A DNA stretch of 64,000 nucleotides, taken from the NCBI GenBank assembly GCA_045653945.1, contig JAZOML010000004.1:57095-121094 (forward strand), written 5' to 3'. The notes under the pieces were generated by a model. It did no database searches, had not been told where the DNA came from, and saw only the letters and a list, made by a program, of their open reading frames with translations. The translations under genes and the position numbers were made by a program. Positions 16,622 to 24,732 of the stretch are shown piece by piece (position 1 is the first letter of the stretch; every line of letters begins with the position of its first letter). The DNA is from Eubacteriales bacterium. GTDB taxonomy: Bacteria; Bacillota; Clostridia; Oscillospirales; CAG-272.

Positions 16622-17269
16622 ATGGATTTTCTTATTACTATTATCGCATTAGGAATTGTTTTTTTGATATTTTACGGAATTGCTGTTTTGGCTGCAAAGG
16701 CAGGCGATGCCACCACCAAAAAGAATAATAAAACCGAAAATCTTTTGGCAGATGCATTTGAACTTCAATTAAATGAAACCATTGAACGTTTTAAAATATT
16801 CTATAAGAAATATGGCTATTCCCCTTCAAAAGAAGAACTTGCTAAGATAATAACTCGCTACGCACAAGCCTCAACAGATGAAGAACAATTTATAATAGTA
16901 CATACCGCTATCCCTGATGTAATTCCTACTCTTGAAAAATTCAAAAGTGAAGTTGCCTACAATATGGATAGAATACTGCCCAAAGGAAAAAATCCAGTCG
17001 TTGCAAATAGCGTTAAAAACGTATGGCAAGTGGATGCATCTGCACTAACAGAATTTGATGTAAAGAATTTGTATGATGTTCAAAAATCTGCCGAAAATGG
17101 GATCCCTGTATTTCGTTTCAACTATGAATATCCAACAATAATGCTAATAATATCAATTTGCGAGGACCTCGAAGAAAGAAGTTCCGAATACGATGAAGTT
17201 AATAACGATATTCAAAGCTTTATGAATAATATTAAAAATTACGCATATTCACTTGGATATCACGATTAA
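16622..17269 (+). CDS. Membrane-anchored protein of unknown function (prophage moron)
   Basis: A 215-aa ORF with an N-terminal TM helix (FLITIIALGIVFLIFYGIAVLAA). It is visibly more AT-rich than the flanking phage DNA. RBS AAGAGG lies upstream. Confidence 0.7.
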   Translation: MDFLITIIALGIVFLIFYGIAVLAAKAGDATTKKNNKTENLLADAFELQLNETIERFKIFYKKYGYSPSKEELAKIITRYAQASTDEEQFIIVHTAIPDVIPTLEKFKSEVAYNMDRILPKGKNPVVANSVKNVWQVDASALTEFDVKNLYDVQKSAENGIPVFRFNYEYPTIMLIISICEDLEERSSEYDEVNNDIQSFMNNIKNYAYSLGYHD

Positions 17270-17283
17270 TCCCAAACACTTAG

Positions 17284-17315
17284 GAAAAGAAAACCCGGCG
17301 GAGTTACCCCCGCCG
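17284..17315 (-). terminator. Terminator after the second XRE gene
   Basis: The minus strand reads CGGCGG-GGGTAACT-CCGCCG followed by GGTTTTCTTTTCC. Confidence 0.55.
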
Positions 17316-17372
17316 AGCCCTGTGCCATTAAGTCTTTTCCTTTCCTAAAGTCTTTTTAAACGCCTGATGTAG

Positions 17373-17603
17373 TTAAAAGGTGTAAACCATATCGCCGTCC
17401 TCGGTAAGTAATTCCGAAACGGTCTTGCCAGTGTAAGCGGCAATCTTCTGCAAAGTGCTCATCTTCGGATCCGAACGCCCTCGCTCGAGCAGACTCAATT
17501 CCTCAACACTTATACCGCAGTTTGCCGCAAAATCAATCTGCGACTCGTCAAGCTCCCTCCTAATTTTCTTAAGATTGAAAGATAAAATCTCAATTTCACT
17601 CAT
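17373..17603 (-). CDS. Second XRE-family HTH regulator
   Basis: The HTH reads ESQIDFAANCGISVEELSLLERG. The start was set at MSEIEIL. It is transcribed divergently from the integrase. Confidence 0.65.
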   Translation of the reverse strand: MSEIEILSFNLKKIRRELDESQIDFAANCGISVEELSLLERGRSDPKMSTLQKIAAYTGKTVSELLTEDGDMVYTF

Positions 17604-17674
17604 CGCTGATACCGAACCTAATGGCACAGCCGCCATTTTAACCCGAATTTCGACAACCGTCTAAGTAACACAGT

Positions 17675-17720
17675 ACGGATAAAGAAAAATCCGTTCTCAA
17701 GTAGCAAAAAAGAACGGATT
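17675..17720 (-). terminator. Leftward terminator-like hairpin in the int/XRE intergenic region
   Basis: The minus strand reads AATCCGTTCT-13 nt-AGAACGGATT followed by TTTCTTT. The segment ATCCGT can alternatively pair with ACGGAT at 17675-17680. Confidence 0.4.
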
Positions 17721-17851
17721 ATTTACACTTTATTCACCGAAATTCGAGCCAAAAACAAAAATAACGCAGTGTAAACACACTGCGCCACTAAATTCGATTT
17801 TACCACATTATAATAACAAATTTATATTTGTCAAGAGGTTTTCAAAAAATA

Positions 17852-18991
17852 ATGCCAAGCTATGAAAAAAATAAATCATCAGGACTTTGGTCCTGCCGCT
17901 TCCGAGAAATAGATGAAAACGGAATAAGCCACCAAAAACGCCTGTCAGGCTTCCCAACAAAACGAGAAGCACAATACGGCTACGAGGACTATATCAAAAC
18001 CGCAGAGGAACGCAAGCTCGCCAAAATTGCTAAAGAGGAAGCAAAACAAACCTCGCCCGATGAAATAACCTTTGATAAGCTACTTGAATTCTACTTTGCA
18101 TTTAAAAAAGCGAGAGTAAAGGAAACCACCTATTACGACCTTACGCAGAAAATAAAATGCCGCTTGCTACCGTTTTTCACGGGCAAGCGGATGATGGATA
18201 TAAAGCCTGCAACAATACTCGAATGGCAAAATACCCTCTCGGAATATAGTTATAGATATAGAAGCACGCTGCTATCACACCTCGCCTCAATATATAACTT
18301 CGGGGAAAAATACCACGATATAACCAATATAATGAATAAGGTAGACCGCCCACGAAATCTCGAAGGCAAAAAGGAAATGCAGTTTTGGACGCCGGAGGAA
18401 TTTCAAAAAGTCATTTTCGAGATAGACTCTCCAGAATATAAAATGCTGTTCTACACCCTATTCATAACAGGTTGCCGCCGAGGCGAAGCTCTTGCTCTTA
18501 CTTGGGATGATATTGACACAAAGAAAAAAAGCATCAAGATTTCCAAAAGCGTTGGTCATAAGGTATGGCAGAACGGCAAGAACTATAAAATTACCACTCC
18601 AAAGAACATTGGCAGTAACCGCACAGTAGCAGTGCCAAGCTTTCTTATCGACGAGCTGATGGAGTATAAGAAATGGCAAAAGAAAAATAAAAATTCAACC
18701 GACTTCGTATTCGGCGGCGCCGATCCGCTTCCGCCAACAAGTATCGCCAGATACCTCGATAAAGCAGCAGAAAAAGCAGGGGTAAAAAAAATCCGAATAC
18801 ATGACCTCCGCCACTCCGCAGCTTCTTACCTTATCCATAAAGGCGTATCAATAGTAGCAGTGTCAAAACAACTCGGACATAATAACGTAGAGCAAACCCT
18901 GAATACCTATTCACATATGCTTCCGGACGATGAAACGATGATACGTCAAAACCTTGAAAATTTAGGCACACTTTTAGGCACAAAAAAATAA
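17852..18991 (+). CDS. int: Tyrosine recombinase (phage integrase)
   Basis: C-terminal catalytic motifs: TGCRRGEALAL, HDLRHSAASYLI and LGHNNVEQTLNTYSH. The start was taken at ATG 17852 (MPSYEK); TTG 17828 is possible. Confidence 0.9.
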   Translation: MPSYEKNKSSGLWSCRFREIDENGISHQKRLSGFPTKREAQYGYEDYIKTAEERKLAKIAKEEAKQTSPDEITFDKLLEFYFAFKKARVKETTYYDLTQKIKCRLLPFFTGKRMMDIKPATILEWQNTLSEYSYRYRSTLLSHLASIYNFGEKYHDITNIMNKVDRPRNLEGKKEMQFWTPEEFQKVIFEIDSPEYKMLFYTLFITGCRRGEALALTWDDIDTKKKSIKISKSVGHKVWQNGKNYKITTPKNIGSNRTVAVPSFLIDELMEYKKWQKKNKNSTDFVFGGADPLPPTSIARYLDKAAEKAGVKKIRIHDLRHSAASYLIHKGVSIVAVSKQLGHNNVEQTLNTYSHMLPDDETMIRQNLENLGTLLGTKK

Positions 18992-19003
18992 TTTTAGGCA
19001 CAC
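18961..19003 (+). repeat. Three direct copies of TTTAGGCACA at the integrase 3' end (candidate arm-type sites)
   Basis: Copies start at about 18961, 18973 and 18993. The first two lie inside the last int codons and the third lies just after the stop. Confidence 0.5.
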
Positions 19004-19070
19004 TGTGCAATTTTTTCTCGATAACTCTATATCACTTTTGCACAACAAACCTATACAAAAGCACAGCAAC

Positions 19071-19107
19071 ATAAACAAAAATCCCGCATAAATGCGGGAT
19101 TTTCTTG
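19071..19107. terminator. Bidirectional terminator between int and the tRNA genes
   Basis: ATCCCGCA-TAAA-TGCGGGAT is flanked by an A-run on the left and a T-run on the right. It directly follows the tRNA-His 3' end on the minus strand. Confidence 0.7.
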
Positions 19108-19110
19108 TTA

Positions 19111-19188
19111 TGGGGTGGGTAATGGGATTCGAACCCACGGCCTCCAGGGCCACAACCTGGCGCTCTAACCAACTGAGCTATACTCACC
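19111..19188 (-). tRNA. tRNA-His (anticodon GTG), with encoded G-1 and CCA
   Basis: Hand-folded cloverleaf: anticodon arm CCAGG-TTGTGGC-CCTGG and T-arm GTGGG-TTCGAAT-CCCAT. The extra 5' G pairs with C73. There is one A4-C69 mismatch in the acceptor stem. Confidence 0.85.
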
Positions 19189-19193
19189 ATATA

Positions 19194-19270
19194 TGGCGTA
19201 CCTTGGGGGATTCGAACCCTCGACCTACTGCTTAGAAGGCAGTTGCTCTATCCTACTGAGCTAAAGGTAC
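19194..19270 (-). tRNA. tRNA-Arg (anticodon TCT), CCA encoded
   Basis: Acceptor stem GTACCTT/AAGGTAC and anticodon arm ACTGC-CTTCTAA-GCAGT. The T-loop is TTCGAAT, with an A50-C64 mismatch in the T-stem. Confidence 0.85.
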
Positions 19271-19288
19271 AGATTTGCAACGTGTGTT

Positions 19289-19317
19289 ATTATATCATAT
19301 TCTTTTACGTTTGTCAA
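19289..19317 (-). promoter_or_regulatory. Promoter of the tRNA-Arg/tRNA-His operon
   Basis: The minus strand reads TTGACA-17 nt-TATAAT with TGa upstream of the -10. Confidence 0.7.
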
Positions 19318-19401
19318 GTGATTTTCCGGAAAAAATCTCAACTTTTTTTATAACGTCAAAAAAGGCGGTCATTCAGACCGCCTTTTCTTATTTTTTCGTT
19401 A

Positions 19402-20925
19402 TTATTCAACCTCGTCGGCACCCAAAACAGCTCTATCAAAGAGGGCTTCAATTTCCTCAGAGGGCTTTTTATCAATAAGAGATACTACAATTGCCGCAAC
19501 AAGTCCAACAATAAATCCGGGAAGAAGCTCATACACACCAGTAACGTCAGAAAGAAGGAAGAGCCAAAGCACGTCAACGACTGCACCTCCGACAACACCT
19601 GCGATAGCACCCTTATAAGTAAGACGCTTCCAGAAAAGCGAAAGAATAATTACAGGACCAAATGAAGCTCCAAATCCTCCCCAGGCATTATCAACCATAT
19701 TCATTATTGCCTGTGCACCTGTTCCGCCGATTGTAGCTATGAAATAAGCGATGATAGCGATAATAATAACAACGCCTCTACCTATCCAAAGCACCTCTTT
19801 TTCACTCGCATTCTTGCGAATAACAGGCTTGTATATATCACTTGTAAAGGAAGAAGAAGCAACGAGAAGCTGAGAATCCGCAGTGGACATTGCCGCCGCA
19901 ATAATAGCGGATAGAAGAATTCCTGCAATAAATGCCGGGAATAGATTCTTAACTGCGAGAATAAAGATGTTCTTTTGCGACTGAGTTGCGAGAAGCTCGG
20001 CTCCATATACAACTCTGCCGAGATATGCAAGAAGAATAGCGGCACCGAGAGTAAGAACAACCCAAACGATAGCAACAATCGCCGAGGTCTTCATCTTTTT
20101 GGGGCTCTTTATTGACATAAATCTTACAAGAATATGGGGCATACCAAAGTATCCAAGTCCCCACGCAAGTCCGGAAACGATTTCCTGCCAGCTTGCTGAA
20201 AAAACGTTTGTATTGAATTCGCTCATAGCACCGTCGGAGCCGTAAGGAAGTGCATTACCGAGAAGCGACATATCGGGATTTTTAAACGCAACAATCATTA
20301 TCGGAACTGCAAGGAGAGCTACAAGCATCATAATTGCCTGGAAAAAGTCTGTCCAGCAAACAGCTTTAAAGCCTCCAAGGAAGGTGTATGCAATAAGAAT
20401 AATAGCGAAAATAAGTACCGCAAGGTCGCCCTTGTCCGCAAAGAAAGGAATAACCTCTTGGAAAACCGTACCGCCGGCAACGAAGCTTGATGCGACGTAA
20501 ACGGTAAAGAATACGAGAAATACCACTGCGCATATTATTTGAAGCGCAGGATTTTTAGTACAAAATCTGTTTGAAAGATACTGCGGTAGGGTTATAGAGT
20601 CGTTTGCAGCCTTGGAAAATTTACGAAGTCTTGTTGCAACGAAAATCCAGTTTGCAGCAGTACCAAGCGCAAGTCCGATACCAATCCACGCCTGTCCCAT
20701 ACCAAAAGCAAGAATACTTCCGGGGAAGCCCATAAGAAGCCATCCCGACATATCCGATGCCTGAGCACTCATAGCGGTTACAAAGGGACCCATTTGACGT
20801 CCGCCAAGGAAATAGTCCTTTTGTCCTTTTGCCTTGTCGCGAAGGAAGAACCAAAGTCCGATTCCGAGAACCGCAACAAAATAAAGTATAAATGCCAAAA
20901 GCATTAAAATTTCTTCTGTTGTCAT
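19402..20925 (-). CDS. putP: Sodium/proline symporter (SSF family)
   Basis: The 507-aa product aligns along its length with remembered E. coli PutP (YFLGGRQMGPFVTAMSAQASDMSGWLLMGFPG, GYFGMPHILVRFM, AAMSTADSQLLV). Confidence 0.85.
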   Translation of the reverse strand: MTTEEILMLLAFILYFVAVLGIGLWFFLRDKAKGQKDYFLGGRQMGPFVTAMSAQASDMSGWLLMGFPGSILAFGMGQAWIGIGLALGTAANWIFVATRLRKFSKAANDSITLPQYLSNRFCTKNPALQIICAVVFLVFFTVYVASSFVAGGTVFQEVIPFFADKGDLAVLIFAIILIAYTFLGGFKAVCWTDFFQAIMMLVALLAVPIMIVAFKNPDMSLLGNALPYGSDGAMSEFNTNVFSASWQEIVSGLAWGLGYFGMPHILVRFMSIKSPKKMKTSAIVAIVWVVLTLGAAILLAYLGRVVYGAELLATQSQKNIFILAVKNLFPAFIAGILLSAIIAAAMSTADSQLLVASSSFTSDIYKPVIRKNASEKEVLWIGRGVVIIIAIIAYFIATIGGTGAQAIMNMVDNAWGGFGASFGPVIILSLFWKRLTYKGAIAGVVGGAVVDVLWLFLLSDVTGVYELLPGFIVGLVAAIVVSLIDKKPSEEIEALFDRAVLGADEVE

Positions 20926-21061
20926 TTTTTAACCTGCCTTTTGAATAAATATACTGTTTTATGCATTTTTAAAACATCGCAATAAATTATATCACATTCA
21001 AAAAGAAATTTCAATACTTTTTGGAATTTTTTTCATTTTTTATTTATTTTTATTACTAATC

Positions 21062-21090
21062 TTGACCTTACTTAAAAGTTATGATATACT
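21062..21090 (+). promoter_or_regulatory. Promoter of the orphan membrane-protein gene
   Basis: TTGACC-17 nt-TATACT with TGa upstream of the -10. The track ATG at 21081 lies inside this promoter. Confidence 0.55.
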
Positions 21091-21116
21091 GTAAAAAAAC
21101 GAGAGGAGAGGATAAA

Positions 21117-21695
21117 TTGGATTTTTGGATATTTATAGCGGTGCTTATTTTGATTATTATTGGTTCGCCGTTTATCCGATTATTTTTTAAGCGACTTACT
21201 CTCTTACGAAAGCTAAAGTCTGTCTGCAAGAAAACGGGCAGGACGCTTCTTGGCACGAGAAGATTTTGGGTATTTGGAAAACGCAAGGGAGATATATGTG
21301 ATTTTCATATCATTTCCGATGACGAGGTTATTTCGGTAAAGCTGTTTGAAATGCTTCGCAAAACCTCATCGGTGTACTTTGTGCAGGGCGAGGAATACTA
21401 CTGTGAGCATAGAGTTATTCACGTTGTTTCAAGAATAGGTACGGGGCTTTCCTACTCCTTTAAGACTAAGCCAAAGCCACTCCCAAAATACGATTACGAT
21501 TTTGCTCTTCCCGATGAGCACAAAGATAAAAAGCGCAAGCGTGTGCTACTTATTAACCCTGCCTGCAACGGCTATTACAATTTTAAAAGAAATAATCCGC
21601 AGGTGGACGTGCAAGCGGATATCGGTGATAAAATCGGCGAGGGTGAGCTATATGCGCAATCGGGATTTATTCGCTACTTAAAAGGTGGTTTTTAA
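21117..21695 (+). CDS. N-terminally anchored protein of unknown function
   Basis: TTG start with GAGGAGAGG 5 nt upstream. It has a TM helix (FWIFIAVLILIIIGSPFIRLFF) and then a basic soluble domain. Confidence 0.6.
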   Translation: MDFWIFIAVLILIIIGSPFIRLFFKRLTLLRKLKSVCKKTGRTLLGTRRFWVFGKRKGDICDFHIISDDEVISVKLFEMLRKTSSVYFVQGEEYYCEHRVIHVVSRIGTGLSYSFKTKPKPLPKYDYDFALPDEHKDKKRKRVLLINPACNGYYNFKRNNPQVDVQADIGDKIGEGELYAQSGFIRYLKGGF

Positions 21696-21729
21696 TAAAA
21701 ATAGACCGAATTTTTCGGTCTATTTTTAT
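21696..21729. terminator. Bidirectional terminator
   Basis: ATAGACCGAA-TTT-TTCGGTCTAT is flanked by an A-run and a T-run. It lies between convergent genes. Confidence 0.7.
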
Positions 21730-23456
21730 TATGAAAGATTTTCTCTGAATTGCAGTCGGTAAAGCTCGGCATACTCTCCGTCAAGTTCGAGCAGCTCTTC
21801 GTGATTTCCCTGTTCAACTATTTTTCCGTTTGAAACCACCGCTATCTCGTCGGCGTTTTTAATTGTTGACAGTCTATGCGCAACCACAATTGTTGTCCTT
21901 CCGACGCAAAGGTCATCAAGCGCCTTTTGTATGAGTATTTCCGTAGTGTTATCAAGAGCGCTCGTTGCCTCGTCAAGAATAAGGATAGGCGGATTTTTAA
22001 GGAATACTCTTGCAATAGAAATTCTCTGCTTCTGACCGCCGGAAAGACGTACTCCCCTCTCGCCGATTTGAGTGTCGTAGCCGTTTTCCAGTGTCATAAT
22101 ATAATCGTGAATATTTGCCCTCTTTGCCGCCTCAATCATTTCTTCTTCGGTGGCATCAAGTCTGCCGTACATTATATTCTCGCGTATACTTGCGTTAAAA
22201 AGGTAAATATCCTGCTGAACAATACCTATATTACGGCGAAGAGAGGCCCTTGTGTACTCGCTTATTGACCTGCCGTCAACTAAAAGTGTACCCTGCTTTA
22301 TTTCATAAAAATTCGGTATGAGGTGGCATATTGTAGTCTTACCGCCCCCCGACGGCCCAACAAGAGCAAATTTTCTTCCCTTCTCAATCTTAAAGCTTAT
22401 ATCGTCAAGAACAACCGTTTGACCGTCAACGTCGTAGGAATATGTTACGCCCCTGAATTCAATCTCACCCGAAAGCACACCTGCATCAACTGCGTTTTCG
22501 CTGTCCTGTTCGGGCACGGCATCCATAACCTCACAAAATCTTTCAAAGCCCGTTACACCGCTTTGATACTGTTCCATAAAGCCTATAAGCGCTTTTACGG
22601 GTGTTAAAAAGAGGTTTACCGAAACTATAAAGGCTGAATAGTCGCCAAAGCCTATCTTACCGTTGTAAAGGAATATTCCGCCCGCTATAAGTACAATTAC
22701 GTTGAAAACGTCCGTTATAAAGGTATTTCCCGAGTGGAATTTACCCATAGCATCGTATGCATCAATACGTGCGTCAATAAATTCCTTATTTCCCTTTTCA
22801 AATTTTTCCTTTTCCTTTTCAGAATTGTTGAACGCCTTTGTTACTCTGATACCCGAAATACTACTTTCAAGCGACGAGTTTATTTCGGCAACTGCCTCTC
22901 TGCTCTTTTTGAAGGCGTTACGCATCTTGGTACGCAAAACACTGGATATTATAAGTAGAAACGGAACACAAATGAAAATAATTATTGTCAAAACAACGTT
23001 TATAGTGCAAAGATAAATGAATGAAGCAACAAGTGTTATAAACGAAATTATGAGGTTTTCGGGACCGTGATGTGCAAGTTCACTGACGTCAAAAAGGTCG
23101 TTTGTCATTCGGGACATCAGCTTTCCCGTTTCCTGATTGTCATAATAGCTGAACGGAAGCTTTTGAAGATTGTTGAACATATCGGAACGCATCTGCGCCT
23201 GCATACGCACACCCATTATATGACCGTAGTACTGAATAAAATAGTTAAGCAGCATACGGATAACGTATAAAAAAAGTAAAACACCGCCGAATATAATTAT
23301 CTCTGCATACTTTTGATTTGGTATCAAATTGTTGAGCATTTCTCTGGTTATAATCGGATAAAACATTCCGATAGCCGCAACTAAAAGTGCCGCTATCATA
23401 TCGAATATAAAAATAACCCTATGAGGTTTATAATAGGAAATAAATCTTTTTAACAT
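21729..23456 (-). CDS. ABC exporter, fused permease/ATPase (MsbA/multidrug type)
   Basis: A 575-aa product with six N-terminal TM segments. Motifs: Walker A GPSGGGKTT, signature LSGGQKQR and Walker B ILILDEATSALD. Confidence 0.85.
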   Translation of the reverse strand: MLKRFISYYKPHRVIFIFDMIAALLVAAIGMFYPIITREMLNNLIPNQKYAEIIIFGGVLLFLYVIRMLLNYFIQYYGHIMGVRMQAQMRSDMFNNLQKLPFSYYDNQETGKLMSRMTNDLFDVSELAHHGPENLIISFITLVASFIYLCTINVVLTIIIFICVPFLLIISSVLRTKMRNAFKKSREAVAEINSSLESSISGIRVTKAFNNSEKEKEKFEKGNKEFIDARIDAYDAMGKFHSGNTFITDVFNVIVLIAGGIFLYNGKIGFGDYSAFIVSVNLFLTPVKALIGFMEQYQSGVTGFERFCEVMDAVPEQDSENAVDAGVLSGEIEFRGVTYSYDVDGQTVVLDDISFKIEKGRKFALVGPSGGGKTTICHLIPNFYEIKQGTLLVDGRSISEYTRASLRRNIGIVQQDIYLFNASIRENIMYGRLDATEEEMIEAAKRANIHDYIMTLENGYDTQIGERGVRLSGGQKQRISIARVFLKNPPILILDEATSALDNTTEILIQKALDDLCVGRTTIVVAHRLSTIKNADEIAVVSNGKIVEQGNHEELLELDGEYAELYRLQFRENLS

Positions 23457-23600
23457 CTTTTTGCCCTCAAAACATATTTATACAGTTAATTATATAACTA
23501 CTTTCACTCATTGTCAAGCAAAAAATGTTTTATTAAATAAAGGCTAATCTTTCAAAGTAGTATTATTAACAAATCTTAATAACTTTTTAAGTAAAAAGTA

Positions 23601-23629
23601 TTGCAAAAGGTAAAATAATGTGCTATAAT
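23601..23629 (+). promoter_or_regulatory. tRNA-Glu promoter
   Basis: TTGCAA-17 nt-TATAAT with TGc upstream of the -10. Confidence 0.6.
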
Positions 23630-23648
23630 AGTCAAGCATTAAACAAGC

Positions 23649-23723
23649 GGCCCGTTGGTCAAGCGGTTAAGACGCTAGCCTCTCACGCTGGAAACAGGGG
23701 TTCGATTCCCCTACGGGTCACCA
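23649..23723 (+). tRNA. tRNA-Glu (anticodon CTC), CCA encoded
   Basis: GGCCCGT-TG-GTC..GAC, anticodon arm CTAGC-CTCTCAC-GCTGG, T-arm AGGGG-TTCGATT-CCCCT and acceptor 3' strand ACGGGTC-A-CCA. Confidence 0.85.
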
Positions 23724-23729
23724 TAATAG

Positions 23730-23767
23730 TATAACCAGTCGAACAAATCGGCTGGTTATATTTTTTC
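23730..23767 (+). terminator. tRNA-Glu terminator
   Basis: TATAACCAGTCG-AACAAAT-CGGCTGGTTATA followed by TTTTTTC. Confidence 0.75.
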
Positions 23768-23791
23768 TGTTAATTTATTTTAAAAGCTCTT

Positions 23792-24583
23792 TTAGTTAGT
23801 TTTATTTTTGATTATTGCTGAAAGCTTCTCTTTTGCTATACAGAGTGTCAGATAGATATAATATGTTAAAACAAGAAGAATAATGTGCAAAACAGCTAGT
23901 GTTGCAGTGTAAATTATTTTTGTCGGCACTTCTCCTATCGAAAGTTTAACGCTCTCGGTAAGAGTTTTTACAATACCAACTGTGCTATATAGGAAATTTG
24001 AATAATTTGTCTGCAAAATATAAGAGGCACTCGCCGCAATTGCTACGAATACCGAGGTGAACATAATAACAAATCTTACCTCCCCGCGGCTTCCACTCGG
24101 TCTATGTAAATCAAGTGCCAGTGTAAGAAACAGAGCAAATATAACCAAGTTATGAAAAAAGACGGTGTGGAATGCAAGGTAATCACTAAAAAAAGTAGCT
24201 ATCTTTTCAGACGAATATATTACGTCCGGCATTACAATCATACCAAAAAAGAGTGATGTCATTGCTGCGCAGGTTATAGAGCGTACGTTTTTCTCGCCTT
24301 TACCACGATAGAATGCAAATAGCGGAAGCACGTAAACAAACATTGAGCAAAAATGAAGCGTAATGTGATACAAATCGTATCCTTGCACCGCTGAGCATAC
24401 CTGTTTGCCTATCTCTATCAGCACGAGTATAATAGCTATTACCTTGATAGGTATCATACGCACTTCGTAGGATTTATTTATGAGTAGCTTTCTCATAAAA
24501 ATTGAAACCAATATCATCACCGCAAAGGTAGGTAAAATGGTAACAAGGTGTTCTGTTGTCCAAAGTCCCATAATGCTCTCCAT
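23792..24583 (-). CDS. Polytopic integral membrane protein (YwaF/TIGR02206-like suspected)
   Basis: A 263-aa product with about 7 hydrophobic helices. The family assignment is from memory only. Confidence 0.35.
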   Translation of the reverse strand: MESIMGLWTTEHLVTILPTFAVMILVSIFMRKLLINKSYEVRMIPIKVIAIILVLIEIGKQVCSAVQGYDLYHITLHFCSMFVYVLPLFAFYRGKGEKNVRSITCAAMTSLFFGMIVMPDVIYSSEKIATFFSDYLAFHTVFFHNLVIFALFLTLALDLHRPSGSRGEVRFVIMFTSVFVAIAASASYILQTNYSNFLYSTVGIVKTLTESVKLSIGEVPTKIIYTATLAVLHIILLVLTYYIYLTLCIAKEKLSAIIKNKTN

Positions 24584-24732
24584 TCATAATCTTAACAAAC
24601 TAATTTTAGTAATTATATCACATTTAAGGAAAAAAGTAAATACAAATCGAAAAAACTGTTGAAATATTCACTAAAATATGTTATCATATAGTATATTAAA
24701 TAAGTAAAATGTTTAGTAAAAGGAGAGATATT

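Larger units (their letters stand above)
1..19110. mobile_element. Integrated temperate tailed-phage genome, partial. It holds the integrase, lysogeny switch, early genes, late activator, terminase, portal, scaffold and capsid start. The other end is left of the window.
   Basis: A contiguous minus-strand phage operon runs from the cro-like gene to the capsid gene. It is bounded on the right by a tyrosine integrase converging on the 3' end of tRNA-His. The right boundary (about 19.0-19.1 kb) is inferred because the second att copy is not visible. Confidence 0.85.

Noticed and set aside
19275-19478. 67-aa plus-strand ORF between the tRNA genes and putP
   Set aside because: It overlaps the tRNA operon promoter and the putP 3' end, and has no RBS.
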